Positions 8,240 through 18,250 of a stretch of DNA of 64,000 nt are shown here, piece after piece. Below the pieces are notes generated by a model. The model ran no database searches and had not been told where the DNA came from. It saw only the letters and a program-made list of their open reading frames with translations. The translations under genes were made by a program, and so were the position numbers. How positions within the stretch are numbered: position 1 is the stretch's first letter; each line of letters begins with the position of its first letter. Source of the stretch: a bacterium (GTDB lineage Bacteria; Planctomycetota; Planctomycetia; Pirellulales; UBA1268); contig JAPOJV010000001.1 of assembly GCA_029978085.1 (NCBI GenBank), forward strand, positions 2,110 through 66,109, written 5' to 3'.

Positions 8240-9492
8240 CCGACTACTTGCCTTCGCTCCCCACGATCGTCGCGCTGGTGAAGATCGGCCTGCTCATCGG
8301 CGGCCTGATGACGGCGGCCGCCTACCTCGTGCTCGTCGAACGCTGGATGGCCGCCTGGGTGCAGGATCGCAAGGGCCCCAACCGCGTCGGCATTCCGCTC
8401 ACGAAGGTGCGGCTCTTCGGTCTCGGCCAGCCGCTCGCCGACGGCTTGAAGATCATCCTCAAGGAAGACTTCACGCCCAAGCACGTCGACAAGGTGCTCT
8501 ACACGGCGGCGCCGCTCGTGATCCTGGCCGCGTCGCTGGCGATCTTCGCCGCCATCCCGTTCGGCAGTTCGTTGCCACCGATCCCCGCCCTCGGCCTCGC
8601 CGGCGAGGAGCCGTTGCTCGTGGCGCCCGGCCTCGACGTCGGCGTGCTCTGGGTGTTCGCCCTTTCCAGTATCGCGGTCTACGGCGTGCTCCTCGGCGGC
8701 TGGGCGAGCAACAACAAGTACGGCTTCCTCGGTGGCCTGCGGAGCAGCGCGCAGCTCGTGGCCTACGAGATCCCGCTCGGCCTCGGCCTCTTGGGCGTCG
8801 TGCTCGCGGCCGGCTCGCTCAAGCTCGACACGATCATGAACGCCCAGGCATCGACCGGTGTTTGGTATGCGTTCGCCCAGCCGCTCGGCTTCATCGTGTT
8901 TCTCGTGGCCGCCTTCGCCGAGGCGGCGCGGCTGCCCTTCGATCTCCCGGAGGCCGAGCAGGAGCTCGTCGGCGGCTATCACACCGAGTATTCGGGCATC
9001 AAGCTCCTGCTCTTCCTCGTGGCCGAGTTCCTCCACATGGTCACGGCGGCCTTCCTGATCGTGATCATGTTCCTGGGCGGCTGGCACCTCTGGGGTGTCA
9101 CGGGCTCCGGCCCGGTCGAAACGTGGACGGTGGCCCTGCTCCGGTTCGCCGTTCTCTCCGCCAAGATTCTCGGCGTGATCCTGTTCTTCATGCTCGTCCG
9201 CTGGAGCTGGCCGCGGTTTCGGTTCGACCAGCTCATGAACCTCGCCTGGAAGGTGATGCTGCCGCTGGGGCTCGTGAACCTCGTCACGGTGGCGGCCATC
9301 GAGGAATTTCGGCCGCAACTGGTGGCGGCGGTAGGCGAGGGGGCGGCGAAGACGGCCGCGATCGCCATCCCGTGGGTGGTCTTCTTCGTGGGCTGGATCG
9401 CGGCCGGCATGCTCACGCCTTCGGGCACCGACAACACACCGATCCGCACCCACGGCCCGCTCGACATCGAACACGAACTGGTGGAGGTCTGA
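8236..9492 (+). CDS. nuoH: NADH-quinone oxidoreductase subunit H
   Basis: Polytopic ND1-like protein with the motif EAEQELVGGYHTEYSG. ATGA overlap with nuoG. Confidence 0.93.
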   Translation: MTDYLPSLPTIVALVKIGLLIGGLMTAAAYLVLVERWMAAWVQDRKGPNRVGIPLTKVRLFGLGQPLADGLKIILKEDFTPKHVDKVLYTAAPLVILAASLAIFAAIPFGSSLPPIPALGLAGEEPLLVAPGLDVGVLWVFALSSIAVYGVLLGGWASNNKYGFLGGLRSSAQLVAYEIPLGLGLLGVVLAAGSLKLDTIMNAQASTGVWYAFAQPLGFIVFLVAAFAEAARLPFDLPEAEQELVGGYHTEYSGIKLLLFLVAEFLHMVTAAFLIVIMFLGGWHLWGVTGSGPVETWTVALLRFAVLSAKILGVILFFMLVRWSWPRFRFDQLMNLAWKVMLPLGLVNLVTVAAIEEFRPQLVAAVGEGAAKTAAIAIPWVVFFVGWIAAGMLTPSGTDNTPIRTHGPLDIEHELVEV

Positions 9493-9493
9493 C

Positions 9494-10027
9494 ATGAAGC
9501 CCACCGATCCCGCGATCACCTGGCTGGAAGAGAAGCCGCTCGGCCTCGCCGAACGGCTCTACCTGCCCCTCTTCGTCGGCGGCCTGGCGACGACCGCCCG
9601 GCATCTCGTGAGCCCCAAGGTCACGGTGAGCTTCCCCGAGCAGCGGCCGACGGTGGGCAACCCGCTCATCTACCGCGGCGTGCATCGGCTCAATCGCGAC
9701 GAGGAGGGCCGCGTGAAGTGCGTGGCCTGCTTCCTTTGCGCCACCGCCTGCCCCGCCCACTGCATCGACATCGTGGCCACCGAGAGCCCCTGGCCCGACC
9801 GTGAGAAGTATCCCGAGAGCTTCCAGATCGACGAACTGCGGTGCATCTTCTGCGGCATGTGCGAGGAGGCCTGCCCGGTCGATGCGATCGAGCTCACGAG
9901 CCTCTTGGACCTCACGGGCAAGAGCCGCGAAGAGATGATCTTCGATAAGGAGAAGCTCTTGAGCGTGTACGACATGACGAAGGATGCGGAGCCCATGAAG
10001 TCGGCGTCGCTCGGAGGCACGCTGTGA
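9494..10027 (+). CDS. nuoI: NADH-quinone oxidoreductase subunit I
   Basis: Two 4Fe-4S ferredoxin motifs, CVACFLCATACP and CIFCGMCEEACP. Confidence 0.93.
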   Translation: MKPTDPAITWLEEKPLGLAERLYLPLFVGGLATTARHLVSPKVTVSFPEQRPTVGNPLIYRGVHRLNRDEEGRVKCVACFLCATACPAHCIDIVATESPWPDREKYPESFQIDELRCIFCGMCEEACPVDAIELTSLLDLTGKSREEMIFDKEKLLSVYDMTKDAEPMKSASLGGTL

Positions 10028-10842
10028 TCGCCGTCGCGCTTCCTTCGCCGGGCGTCCTGCTCGCCGGCGCCGTCACCGCCGCCGCCGTGAGTCTCTGGCT
10101 GCTCCTGCCGCGCGGCCGCGACAGTCGCCCTGCCCGCTGGCTCGGCGGTCTGCTCGGTGCCGCCGCGCTCGCCGGCTTCGTGCTCACCGGCCGCCGCCTC
10201 GGCGGGCTCGGCGAGGAGGCCGTGTTCCTGATCGTGTCGCTCGTGGCCGTGATCTCGGGCGCGGCCACGATCGTGTCACGGTCGCCGGTCTACTCGGCCA
10301 TCTGGTTCGCCCTCGCCCTCGCCGGCGTGTCGGGCGTGCTGCTCGTGCTCGGCGCCCAGTTTCTCGGGGTGGCCACGATCGTGGTCTATGCCGGGGCGAT
10401 CCTCGTGATGTTCCTGTTCGTGCTCATGCTCGCCCAACCGGCCGGCCTCGCCCCCTACGACCGCGTCTCCAACGAGCCGCTGCTCTCGGCGATCGCCGGC
10501 GCCACGCTGCTCGGCCTGCTCACGCTCTCGATCGGCCGGCTCTCGGCCGACCCGTCGTGCTGCCAGATGCCGTCGAAGGCCGCCGCGATGGCCGCCGGCA
10601 CGGCGGGAACGAGCGTCGACGCGGCGCATGCAGGGGATGCGATCGATGCCGCAATCGCGACCGATCCGCTCGCGGCCGATCAGGTGGCCCGGCTCGGCGG
10701 CGAACTCTTCGGCCGGCACCTGCTCGCGGTGGAGGCTGCCGGCGTGCTCCTGCTCGTGGCGCTCGTCGGCTCGATCGCCGTGGTGAGCCGCCATGGCGAC
10801 CCGTCGGGCGAACTGGCCCCGGCCCGGAGGGCCGCATCATGA
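10024..10842 (+). CDS. nuoJ: NADH-quinone oxidoreductase subunit J (long, 272 aa)
   Basis: GTG start overlapping the nuoI stop. Hydrophobic ND6-like sequence (VVYAGAILVMFLFVLML) in the expected operon position. Confidence 0.85.
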   Translation: MIAVALPSPGVLLAGAVTAAAVSLWLLLPRGRDSRPARWLGGLLGAAALAGFVLTGRRLGGLGEEAVFLIVSLVAVISGAATIVSRSPVYSAIWFALALAGVSGVLLVLGAQFLGVATIVVYAGAILVMFLFVLMLAQPAGLAPYDRVSNEPLLSAIAGATLLGLLTLSIGRLSADPSCCQMPSKAAAMAAGTAGTSVDAAHAGDAIDAAIATDPLAADQVARLGGELFGRHLLAVEAAGVLLLVALVGSIAVVSRHGDPSGELAPARRAAS

Positions 10843-11282
10843 ACCAACTGGCACTCCTGCAAAACGCGCTCGTCGTCGGCGCGATCCTGTTCTCGCTCGG
10901 CCTCGTGGGCATCCTCACGCGGCGAAACCTGATCGTGATGTTCCTCTCCGCGGAGCTGATGCTGCAGGGCATCTCCGTGAGCCTCGTGGCCTGGAGCCGC
11001 TACCACGGCGACTTCGGCGGGCAGGTACTCGTGATCTTCGTGCTCACCGTGGCGGCCTGCGAGGCGGCGGTGGCCCTCGTGTTCGTGCTCCAGGCCTTTG
11101 CCCGTACGGGGCGGCTCGACTCGGCAGCCTGGCAGTCACTCCGCGAATCCAATCTGCCGCGACGGGTCGATCACGAGCTACCGGCCATCGACACCGTGCC
11201 CCCCTCGTTCCCGCGGCTCACGCCCGCCGGTGTGCTGCCTGCCGCCGACGAAAACGACCTGCTCCAGCGCGAGCACGTCTGA
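10839..11282 (+). CDS. nuoK: NADH-quinone oxidoreductase subunit K with a 47-aa hydrophilic C-terminal tail
   Basis: ORF 10557..11282 trimmed to ATG 10839 (ATGA overlap with nuoJ). ND4L core MNQLALLQNALVVGAILFSLGLVGILTRRNLIVMFLSAELMLQG. Confidence 0.88.
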   Translation: MNQLALLQNALVVGAILFSLGLVGILTRRNLIVMFLSAELMLQGISVSLVAWSRYHGDFGGQVLVIFVLTVAACEAAVALVFVLQAFARTGRLDSAAWQSLRESNLPRRVDHELPAIDTVPPSFPRLTPAGVLPAADENDLLQREHV

Positions 11283-11304
11283 CCGCACCGCTCCACCGAT
11301 CACC

Positions 11305-13551
11305 ATGCAAGCCATGTCGCCCGCCACGCTCCTCGTTCTCGTGCCGCTGCTGCCCCTCGTGGGCGCGATCCTCACGGTCGCACTCGGCAGGCGGCTCGGC
11401 TCCCGCGGTCACCTGCCGGCGATCGCCGGCATCGCCGCCGCGGCCGTCGTCGCCGTGTCGCTCCTGCTTGGGCTCGGCCGGGAAGTGGGCATCGGCGACG
11501 CCGCCCACGCGCCGACCGCGCGGCCGGTCGAGATGATCACCACGCTCTGGGAATGGGCCGGCGTCGATGCCGCCTACTCGCCCCCCGCGGGCAGCCCCGC
11601 CGCGGCCGACACCGCCCGGGCCGATGGCGCGACGGACCTGCGGAGCTTTTCGATTCCGGTCGCCCTCCGGCTCGACCCGCTCACGTCCACGCTCCTGACG
11701 ATCATCACCTGCGTCGGCCTGCTCGTGGCGATCTATTCGATCGGCTACATGCACGACGACCCGGGCTATCCGCGGTTCTTCGCGCTGCTCGCGATGTTCG
11801 TGTTCTCGATGTCGATGCTTGTGGCCGCGAGCAACTTCCTGCTCGTCTACGTGTTCTGGGAGGCGGTGGGGGCGTGCAGCTACCTGCTGATCGGCTTTTG
11901 GTTCACGAAGCCCGAGGCGGCGCGGGCGGCGAAGAAGGCCTTTCTCGTCAATCGCGTGGGCGACTTCGGCCTGGCCGTCGCCACGTTCCTGCTCTGGATG
12001 ACCTACGGCACGCTCAACTTCCACGACACGCTCTCCGCCGACGGCACGATCCTGCCGGGCATTCTCGGCCAGAGCCGGATCGCCGACGCGGCCGGCTACG
12101 TCGGCGGCGCTGTCGGCACCGCGATCTGTCTCTTGCTCCTGCTCGCCGCCTGCGGCAAGAGCGCCCAGCTGCCGCTCCACGTCTGGCTGCCCGACGCGAT
12201 GGAAGGCCCCACGCCCGCCAGCGCCCTGATCCACGCCGCCACGATGGTCACGGCCGGCATCTACCTCGTGGCCCGCTGTGCGCCGCTGTTCGTGGTCTGT
12301 CCCGACGCCCTCACGATGGTGTCGATCGTGGGCACCACGACGGCTCTCGTCGCCGCCTTGATCGGTACCGTGCAAAACGATCTCAAGCGGGTGCTCGCCT
12401 ATTCGACGATCAGCCAACTCGGCTACATGTTCGCGAGTCTCGGCACGGGCACGATGCTCGGGTTCACGGCTGCGATCTTCCACCTCGTGACCCACGCCTT
12501 CTTCAAGGCCCTGCTCTTCCTCGGCGCGGGCTCCGTGATGCATTCGATGGGGGGCGTGATCGACATGCGGCGGTTCGGCGGCCTGCGGCGGCTGATGCCG
12601 ATCACGGCGGCCACGTTCCTGATCGGGTCGCTCGCGCTTGCCGGCGTGGCTCCCTTTGCCGGCTTCTTCAGCAAGGACGAGATCCTTGCCGCCCTCCACT
12701 CCAAGGGCTGGCCGGATGCCCACGGCGAACATCACGACACCGCCCCCGCCAGCGGCCATGCCGCTGTGCGGCTTCCCGCGGCGGACAGCGGCCCCAACAC
12801 GGCCCCCGCCTCCACGATGCACTTCGTCTCGATGAAGACCGCGGCAGCCGCCGACGCCCCCGTCCTCGATCGGCCCCGCACCTGGCAGACGCTCTTCTGG
12901 ATGTCGCTCATCACGGCCGGCCTCACCGCCTTCTACACGTTCCGCGCCGTGTTCATGACGTTCACCGGCCCGCTCCGCGTGCCCGACGAGGCCGGTCACC
13001 ACGCCCACGAATCACCCCCCGTGATGACGATCCCGCTCGTGATCCTCGCGGTCGCCTCCGCGGTGAGCGGCTGGTGGCTCTTCGCCACACACTCGCTCTC
13101 CACGTTCCTCGCCGCCACGCCGTCGCTCACGGCGCCGGCGGTCACGGCCACCGCCACGCCCCCCGCCTTCCACTTCGACCTCGCCCTGCAGGGCACGCTC
13201 GCCGCGGCGCTCGGCATCGCGATCGCCGCAGTCGGCCACCTCGGCCGCCGCAGCGACGGGCCCCAGATCGAGCGGTTCCTCGGCCCGATCGGCACGCTGT
13301 TCGCCAACCGGTTCTTCATCGATCAGCTCTACAAGGCTCTGATCGTGAAGCCGCTGGAAGGCGTGGCCCTGGTCGCCGCCGCGTTCGACCGCTACGTGAT
13401 CGACGGCCTCGTCGATGGCGTCGCCCGCATCCCGCTCGCCCTCGGCGCCTGGGCGCGGCACCTCCAGTCGGGCCTCGTCCAGCGGTACGCCCTCGTGGGC
13501 GTGCTGGGCACGCTCCTGATCATGCTCGCCCTCGCCGCGCGGCTGCGATGA
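11305..13551 (+). CDS. nuoL: NADH-quinone oxidoreductase subunit L (748 aa, with a low-complexity insertion)
   Basis: ORF 11098..13551 trimmed to ATG 11305. ND5 motifs WEAVGACSYLLIGFWF and QLPLHVWLPDAMEGPTPASALIHAATMVTAG. Confidence 0.92.
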   Translation: MQAMSPATLLVLVPLLPLVGAILTVALGRRLGSRGHLPAIAGIAAAAVVAVSLLLGLGREVGIGDAAHAPTARPVEMITTLWEWAGVDAAYSPPAGSPAAADTARADGATDLRSFSIPVALRLDPLTSTLLTIITCVGLLVAIYSIGYMHDDPGYPRFFALLAMFVFSMSMLVAASNFLLVYVFWEAVGACSYLLIGFWFTKPEAARAAKKAFLVNRVGDFGLAVATFLLWMTYGTLNFHDTLSADGTILPGILGQSRIADAAGYVGGAVGTAICLLLLLAACGKSAQLPLHVWLPDAMEGPTPASALIHAATMVTAGIYLVARCAPLFVVCPDALTMVSIVGTTTALVAALIGTVQNDLKRVLAYSTISQLGYMFASLGTGTMLGFTAAIFHLVTHAFFKALLFLGAGSVMHSMGGVIDMRRFGGLRRLMPITAATFLIGSLALAGVAPFAGFFSKDEILAALHSKGWPDAHGEHHDTAPASGHAAVRLPAADSGPNTAPASTMHFVSMKTAAAADAPVLDRPRTWQTLFWMSLITAGLTAFYTFRAVFMTFTGPLRVPDEAGHHAHESPPVMTIPLVILAVASAVSGWWLFATHSLSTFLAATPSLTAPAVTATATPPAFHFDLALQGTLAAALGIAIAAVGHLGRRSDGPQIERFLGPIGTLFANRFFIDQLYKALIVKPLEGVALVAAAFDRYVIDGLVDGVARIPLALGAWARHLQSGLVQRYALVGVLGTLLIMLALAARLR

Positions 13552-13591
13552 GCCACACGCCCGGCATTCCTCCCCGAACACCATCCGTCGC

Positions 13592-15268
13592 ATGAACGCA
13601 CTGAGTCCTTCGACCCACCTGCTCCTCGTCATCGCCGCGCCGCTCATCGGCGCGATCGTGGCCTGGCTGTTCCGGTCGTGGGGTCTTGCCGCCGTCCGGC
13701 AGAGCGCGGCCAACACGGCGATCGTCACGCTCGTGCTGGCGGGCTGGCTCGTCGTGCGATTCCTGTCCGATCCCGCCGCCATGGCCGGCGAGCCCTACGG
13801 TCTCGTCGAGTTTCCGTGGCTCGTCGGTGGGATCTTCGACGTGAAGCTGTCGCTCGGCCTCGACGGCCTCTCGATCTGGATGTTCGCGCTCTCCGCCCTG
13901 CTCTCGATCACGGCCGTATTCGTCAGCTGGGATGCGATCCGCGATCGCCCGGCCGGCTTCTACGTCCTGCTCCTCGTGCTCGAGGCGGCGATGCTGGGCG
14001 TGTTCGCGGCCCGCGACGTGATCCTCTTCTATGTGTTCTTCGAGTTCACGCTCGTGCCGCTCTTCTTCCTGATCGGCATCTGGGGGCATGACGAGCGGCG
14101 GAAGGCGGCCGTGAAGTTCTTCATCTACACGCTGGCCGGCAGCGTGCTCACGTTTCTGGGTCTGCTCGCGATCATCCTCTGGAACGCCTCCCACACCGGC
14201 ACCGTCACGTTCGACATCGCGGCCCTCACGGCGGCGATGAAGGCCCATCCGATGCCGATGGATGCGGGCGGCGGCTGGCTGCAGTTGATCGTGTTTCTCG
14301 CGCTGCTGGCAGGCTTCGCGGTGAAGGTGCCGATCGTGCCCCTCCACACCTGGCTGCCGCTGGCCCACGTGGAGGCGCCGACGGGCGGCTCGGTCGACCT
14401 CGCCGGCGTGCTGCTCAAGATCGGCATCTACGGCTTCCTCAGGTTCTCGCTGCCGATGCTCCCCGAGGCCTCCGCCCTGGCGGCCCCCTGGCTGTTCGGG
14501 CTCGGCGTGGTGGGCATCATCTACGGGGCCCTCGTGGCCCTCGTGCAGACCGACCTCAAGCGGCTCATCGCCTACTCGTCGGTGAGCCACATGGGCTACA
14601 TCGTGATGGGGCTCTTCGCCCTCACGCCGGTGGCCACGGAAGGCGCGAACCTTCAGCTCATCAATCACGGCCTGTCGTCTGCCGGGCTCTTCGCGCTCGT
14701 GGGCATGATCTACGAGCGGTTCCACACACGGAACATCGCCAGCCTCGGCGGCATCGCCAGCCGAGCCCCGTGGCTGACCGTGTTCTTCATGCTGTTCACG
14801 TTCTCGAGCATCGGCCTGCCGGGTCTCAACGGGTTCGTGGGCGAGTTCATGATCCTCGCCGGCTCGTTCCAGCGGGCCTGGTCGGGCGTCGCCCCCAGCT
14901 TCTCGTTCGCCTATCTGCTGATGGCCGTCACGGCCGTCGTCGGCGTCGTGCTCGGTGCCTGGTACATGCTGTGGGCCGTGGAGCGGGCGTTCTTCGGGCC
15001 CTCCCGCGAGCCCCCCCGCAGCGGCCACGACGGCCACGACGGCCACGGACACGCCGACCGCTGCGACTTGAAGTGGCATGAACTCGTCGCCCTTGCACCG
15101 CTCGCCGTCTTCGTGCTCTGGATCGGCCTCACGCCGGCCACGTTCCTTCGCCCCGCGGCCCCCGCCATCCGCGCCGCCACGCAGGCCTCGGCCGACGCCT
15201 TCGCCGCCCGGATGCGGGACGCCACGCCCACCGCCCAGCCCATCGCCCGGACCGCCCAGCTGCCATGA
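13592..15268 (+). CDS. nuoM: NADH-quinone oxidoreductase subunit M
   Basis: ND4 motif LHTWLPLAHVEAPTGGSVDLAGVLLKIG. Confidence 0.93.
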   Translation: MNALSPSTHLLLVIAAPLIGAIVAWLFRSWGLAAVRQSAANTAIVTLVLAGWLVVRFLSDPAAMAGEPYGLVEFPWLVGGIFDVKLSLGLDGLSIWMFALSALLSITAVFVSWDAIRDRPAGFYVLLLVLEAAMLGVFAARDVILFYVFFEFTLVPLFFLIGIWGHDERRKAAVKFFIYTLAGSVLTFLGLLAIILWNASHTGTVTFDIAALTAAMKAHPMPMDAGGGWLQLIVFLALLAGFAVKVPIVPLHTWLPLAHVEAPTGGSVDLAGVLLKIGIYGFLRFSLPMLPEASALAAPWLFGLGVVGIIYGALVALVQTDLKRLIAYSSVSHMGYIVMGLFALTPVATEGANLQLINHGLSSAGLFALVGMIYERFHTRNIASLGGIASRAPWLTVFFMLFTFSSIGLPGLNGFVGEFMILAGSFQRAWSGVAPSFSFAYLLMAVTAVVGVVLGAWYMLWAVERAFFGPSREPPRSGHDGHDGHGHADRCDLKWHELVALAPLAVFVLWIGLTPATFLRPAAPAIRAATQASADAFAARMRDATPTAQPIARTAQLP

Positions 15269-17010
15269 TTCCACTCGCTGCCCTCACGACGCTCCCGACG
15301 TCACTCGAATCGTTCTCGCTCGTCGCGCCCGAGATCGCGCTCGTCGTCGCGGCCCTCGTCGCCTTCTTGGGCGGCGCCTTCCTCGGACTCCGCAGCGGCT
15401 GGGTCATCGCCCTCCTCGGGATCGCCGCCGCCTGGGCCTTGGCCGGCGGCCAGCCGGCCGACGCCGCCACGATCACCTCCGGTGGCGTGCGGGTCGATGG
15501 GTTCTCGACGTTCATCCGCTGGCTCGTGCTCGGCCTCGGGGCGCTGCTCGCACTCGTGCAATCGGGTGACCTCTTTGCGACGGCCGTGAGCCGCGGCCCG
15601 GGTATCCGCCGCGGCGGCACCTGTGAGGAGGCCGGCACGTTCCTGCTCCTGCTCGCCGGCCTCTCGCTGGTGGGCGTGGCGGGCGACCTCGTGCTGCTCT
15701 TCGTAGGCCTCGAACTCGTGTCGATCCCCACCTACATCCTCCTCGCACTCAAGCGAATCGACGCCCACGGCCAAGAGGCGAGCCTGAAGTATTTCTTCCT
15801 CTCGCTCGTGTCGTCGTCCCTGTTCCTCTACGCGGCCGTCTGCCTGTACGGGATCGGTGGCTCCACCGATCTGCAGTCGATCGCAGCACGGCTGCAGTCG
15901 ACCGACGCGAAGATCGCTGGCATGGCCACGGTCCTGCTGCCGGCCGCCCTTGGCATGGCGATGGTCGGCGCCGCGTTCCGGCTCGCCGCCGTGCCGATGC
16001 ACTTCTACGCCCCCGACGTCTACGAGGGCACGAGCCCCGGCAACGCCGCCCTGCTCTCCACGCTGCCGAAGGTGGCGGGCGTCGTGGTCCTGGCCCGGCT
16101 GCTCGGCCTGGCGATCGCCCCCGATACCACCGCCGCGGCCCAGGTGGGCCCTGCGGCGCAGGCCAGCCTCGACCTGCTCTGGAAGCTGGCCGTCGTGATT
16201 GCTGCGGTCACGATGACGGTCGGCAACGTGATGGCCCTCTGGCAGCGGAACCTCCGCCGCCTGCTCGGCTGCTCGTCGATCGCCCATGCGGGCTATCTGC
16301 TCGTGGGCGTGGCCGTCGCCGCAGCTGCCGGAGCCACGCAGGCCGGCCAGCCGCTCGGCGACACCACCGCGCTCGACACCGGCTGGACGATGGTGCTCGG
16401 CGGCATGACGTCGTCCCTCTTCTATCTGGCCACCTACGCACTCGCCACGATCGGGATCTTCGGGGCGGTCGCCTACCTGGGCCATCGCTGGCCCGAGTGG
16501 ACGGCCGGCAGCGGCCCGCGGCCTCCGCGCGAGGAGATCGCCACGGTCGATGATCTCGACGGCCTCGCCTCCACGAATCCGGTGGCTGCCTTTGCCATCG
16601 CCGCCTTCCTCCTCTCGCTCGCCGGCATTCCGCCGCTGCCCGGCTTCTGGGGCAAGCTCTCGCTGGCCGCCTCGGCGCTGCAGGTGGACTGGAACGCCGC
16701 CATCTCGCTCGACAGCCGCCGCGGCTGGTTCGTGGGCCTGGCCGTGGTGCTCGTGCTCAATGCCGCGATCGCCGCCGCCTACTACCTGCGAATCATCTCG
16801 GCGATGTACTTCAAGACGACGAAGCGGGGCGTGCAGGCCGACGGCGGCATCGCGGCCGGCCTGGCCATGCTCGCCTGTCTCGTGCTCGTGGCCGCGGTGA
16901 CCGTGCAGCCGCGACGGCTGTTCATGGCCGCCTCGCGGGCTGGCGACGCCGTGTCGGGCACGCTGCCCGTGGCCGTGGCCGACGCCCGGCCTACGATTCC
17001 GGGCCGTTGA
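15265..17010 (+). CDS. nuoN: NADH-quinone oxidoreductase subunit N (581 aa)
   Basis: ND2-like antiporter subunit with FYAPDVYEGTSPGNAALLSTLPK. ATGA overlap with nuoM. Confidence 0.9.
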   Translation: MIPLAALTTLPTSLESFSLVAPEIALVVAALVAFLGGAFLGLRSGWVIALLGIAAAWALAGGQPADAATITSGGVRVDGFSTFIRWLVLGLGALLALVQSGDLFATAVSRGPGIRRGGTCEEAGTFLLLLAGLSLVGVAGDLVLLFVGLELVSIPTYILLALKRIDAHGQEASLKYFFLSLVSSSLFLYAAVCLYGIGGSTDLQSIAARLQSTDAKIAGMATVLLPAALGMAMVGAAFRLAAVPMHFYAPDVYEGTSPGNAALLSTLPKVAGVVVLARLLGLAIAPDTTAAAQVGPAAQASLDLLWKLAVVIAAVTMTVGNVMALWQRNLRRLLGCSSIAHAGYLLVGVAVAAAAGATQAGQPLGDTTALDTGWTMVLGGMTSSLFYLATYALATIGIFGAVAYLGHRWPEWTAGSGPRPPREEIATVDDLDGLASTNPVAAFAIAAFLLSLAGIPPLPGFWGKLSLAASALQVDWNAAISLDSRRGWFVGLAVVLVLNAAIAAAYYLRIISAMYFKTTKRGVQADGGIAAGLAMLACLVLVAAVTVQPRRLFMAASRAGDAVSGTLPVAVADARPTIPGR

Positions 17011-17047
17011 GCCTGCGGTTCCCACGCGGTCCAGAGAGCCCCGATCC

Positions 17048-18133
17048 ATGCCGATCCCCGACCAGTCCGCCGTCACGTCCGTCCTCGCCTCCGTGGCCGA
17101 TCCCGAGTCGGGCCGGCCGCTCTCGGAGATGGGGCAGGTGCAGAACATCTCGGCCTCGGCCGACGCGATCGCCGTGACCGTCGGCCTCACGACCCACTCC
17201 GCGATCCTCTGGAAGCCGACGGCGGCCCGGATCGAAGAGCTCCTGCGGACGCGGTTTCCCGAGGTCAAGAACGTCACGGTCACGGTCGTGCCCCACGACC
17301 GTCCCCCCACGAAGCTCGGCCAGATCGGGCTCGAGGCCAAGAGCGTGATCGCCGTCGGCAGCGGCAAGGGGGGCGTGGGCAAGAGCACGATCGCGGCCAG
17401 CATCGCGCTCGGCCTGGCACGGGCGGGCAGCCGCGTGGGCCTGCTTGACGCCGACGTCTACGGCCCCAGCGTCCCTCACCTGCTCGGTCTCTCAGGCCGA
17501 CCGCAGGTAGACAACGGCAAGATCCTGCCGATGCTCGCCGCCTGCGGCCCGCACTCGATGCCGGTGATGTCGATGGGCTTCCTCGTGCCGCCGGGCGAGG
17601 CGGTCGTGTGGCGGGGCCCGATGCTGCACGGCGCGATCACGCAGATGCTCCGCGACACGCTGTGGGGCCCGCTCGACTATCTGATCATCGACATGCCACC
17701 GGGCACGGGCGACATCGCGCTGACGCTCTCGCAGGTGCTGCCGCTCACCGGCGCCGTCGTCGTCTGCACGCCGCAGGACGTGGCCCTGCTCGACGCCACG
17801 AAGGCGATCGCGATGTTCAAAAAGGTCAACATCCCGCTGTTGGGCATGGTGGAGAACATGAGCTTCTTCGTCTGCCCCGACACCCAGAAGCGATACGACA
17901 TCTTCGGCACCGGCGGCGCGGCCCGCACAGCCAAGGACCTCGACATCCCGTTCCTCGGCGAGGTGCCGATCCAGATCCCGATCCGCGAGCATGGCGATGC
18001 CGGCAAGACGGCCGCCAACTACGACGACCCGGCAAGCCGCCCCTATCTCGAGGCGATCTGCTCACGCCTCGTCGGCGGCATCGCCGCCGCAGCCGCCGCC
18101 CGTCCGCCACTCCCCTCGCTGCCCGTGCTGTAA
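17048..18133 (+). CDS. apbC: Mrp/ApbC/NBP35-family Fe-S cluster carrier ATPase
   Basis: N-terminal DUF59-like segment, then the deviant Walker A GSGKGGVGKSTIAA and MSFFVCPDTQKRYDIFG. Lies 37 nt downstream of nuoN on the same strand. Confidence 0.88.
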   Translation: MPIPDQSAVTSVLASVADPESGRPLSEMGQVQNISASADAIAVTVGLTTHSAILWKPTAARIEELLRTRFPEVKNVTVTVVPHDRPPTKLGQIGLEAKSVIAVGSGKGGVGKSTIAASIALGLARAGSRVGLLDADVYGPSVPHLLGLSGRPQVDNGKILPMLAACGPHSMPVMSMGFLVPPGEAVVWRGPMLHGAITQMLRDTLWGPLDYLIIDMPPGTGDIALTLSQVLPLTGAVVVCTPQDVALLDATKAIAMFKKVNIPLLGMVENMSFFVCPDTQKRYDIFGTGGAARTAKDLDIPFLGEVPIQIPIREHGDAGKTAANYDDPASRPYLEAICSRLVGGIAAAAAARPPLPSLPVL

Positions 18134-18250
18134 GAAGCAAACTCGCGCGCGTCGGGGTTGCCCGTGCCCTCGAGCGGACGTTCGCTTCCGCCCTCCGGGC
18201 TTCAGCTCACTGCGTGTCCGCTGCGCTTCGGCATACGTCCGGCGTTTCCT

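Noticed and set aside
11218-17403. Long minus-strand ORFs (11218-13008, 13520-15274, 15301-17403) and the alternative plus-frame ORF 11553-13595 across nuoL-nuoN
   Set aside because: All overlap strongly supported ND5/ND4/ND2-type genes. Their products are highly charged Arg/Gly/Asp/His strings, unlike real proteins. These are frame shadows.
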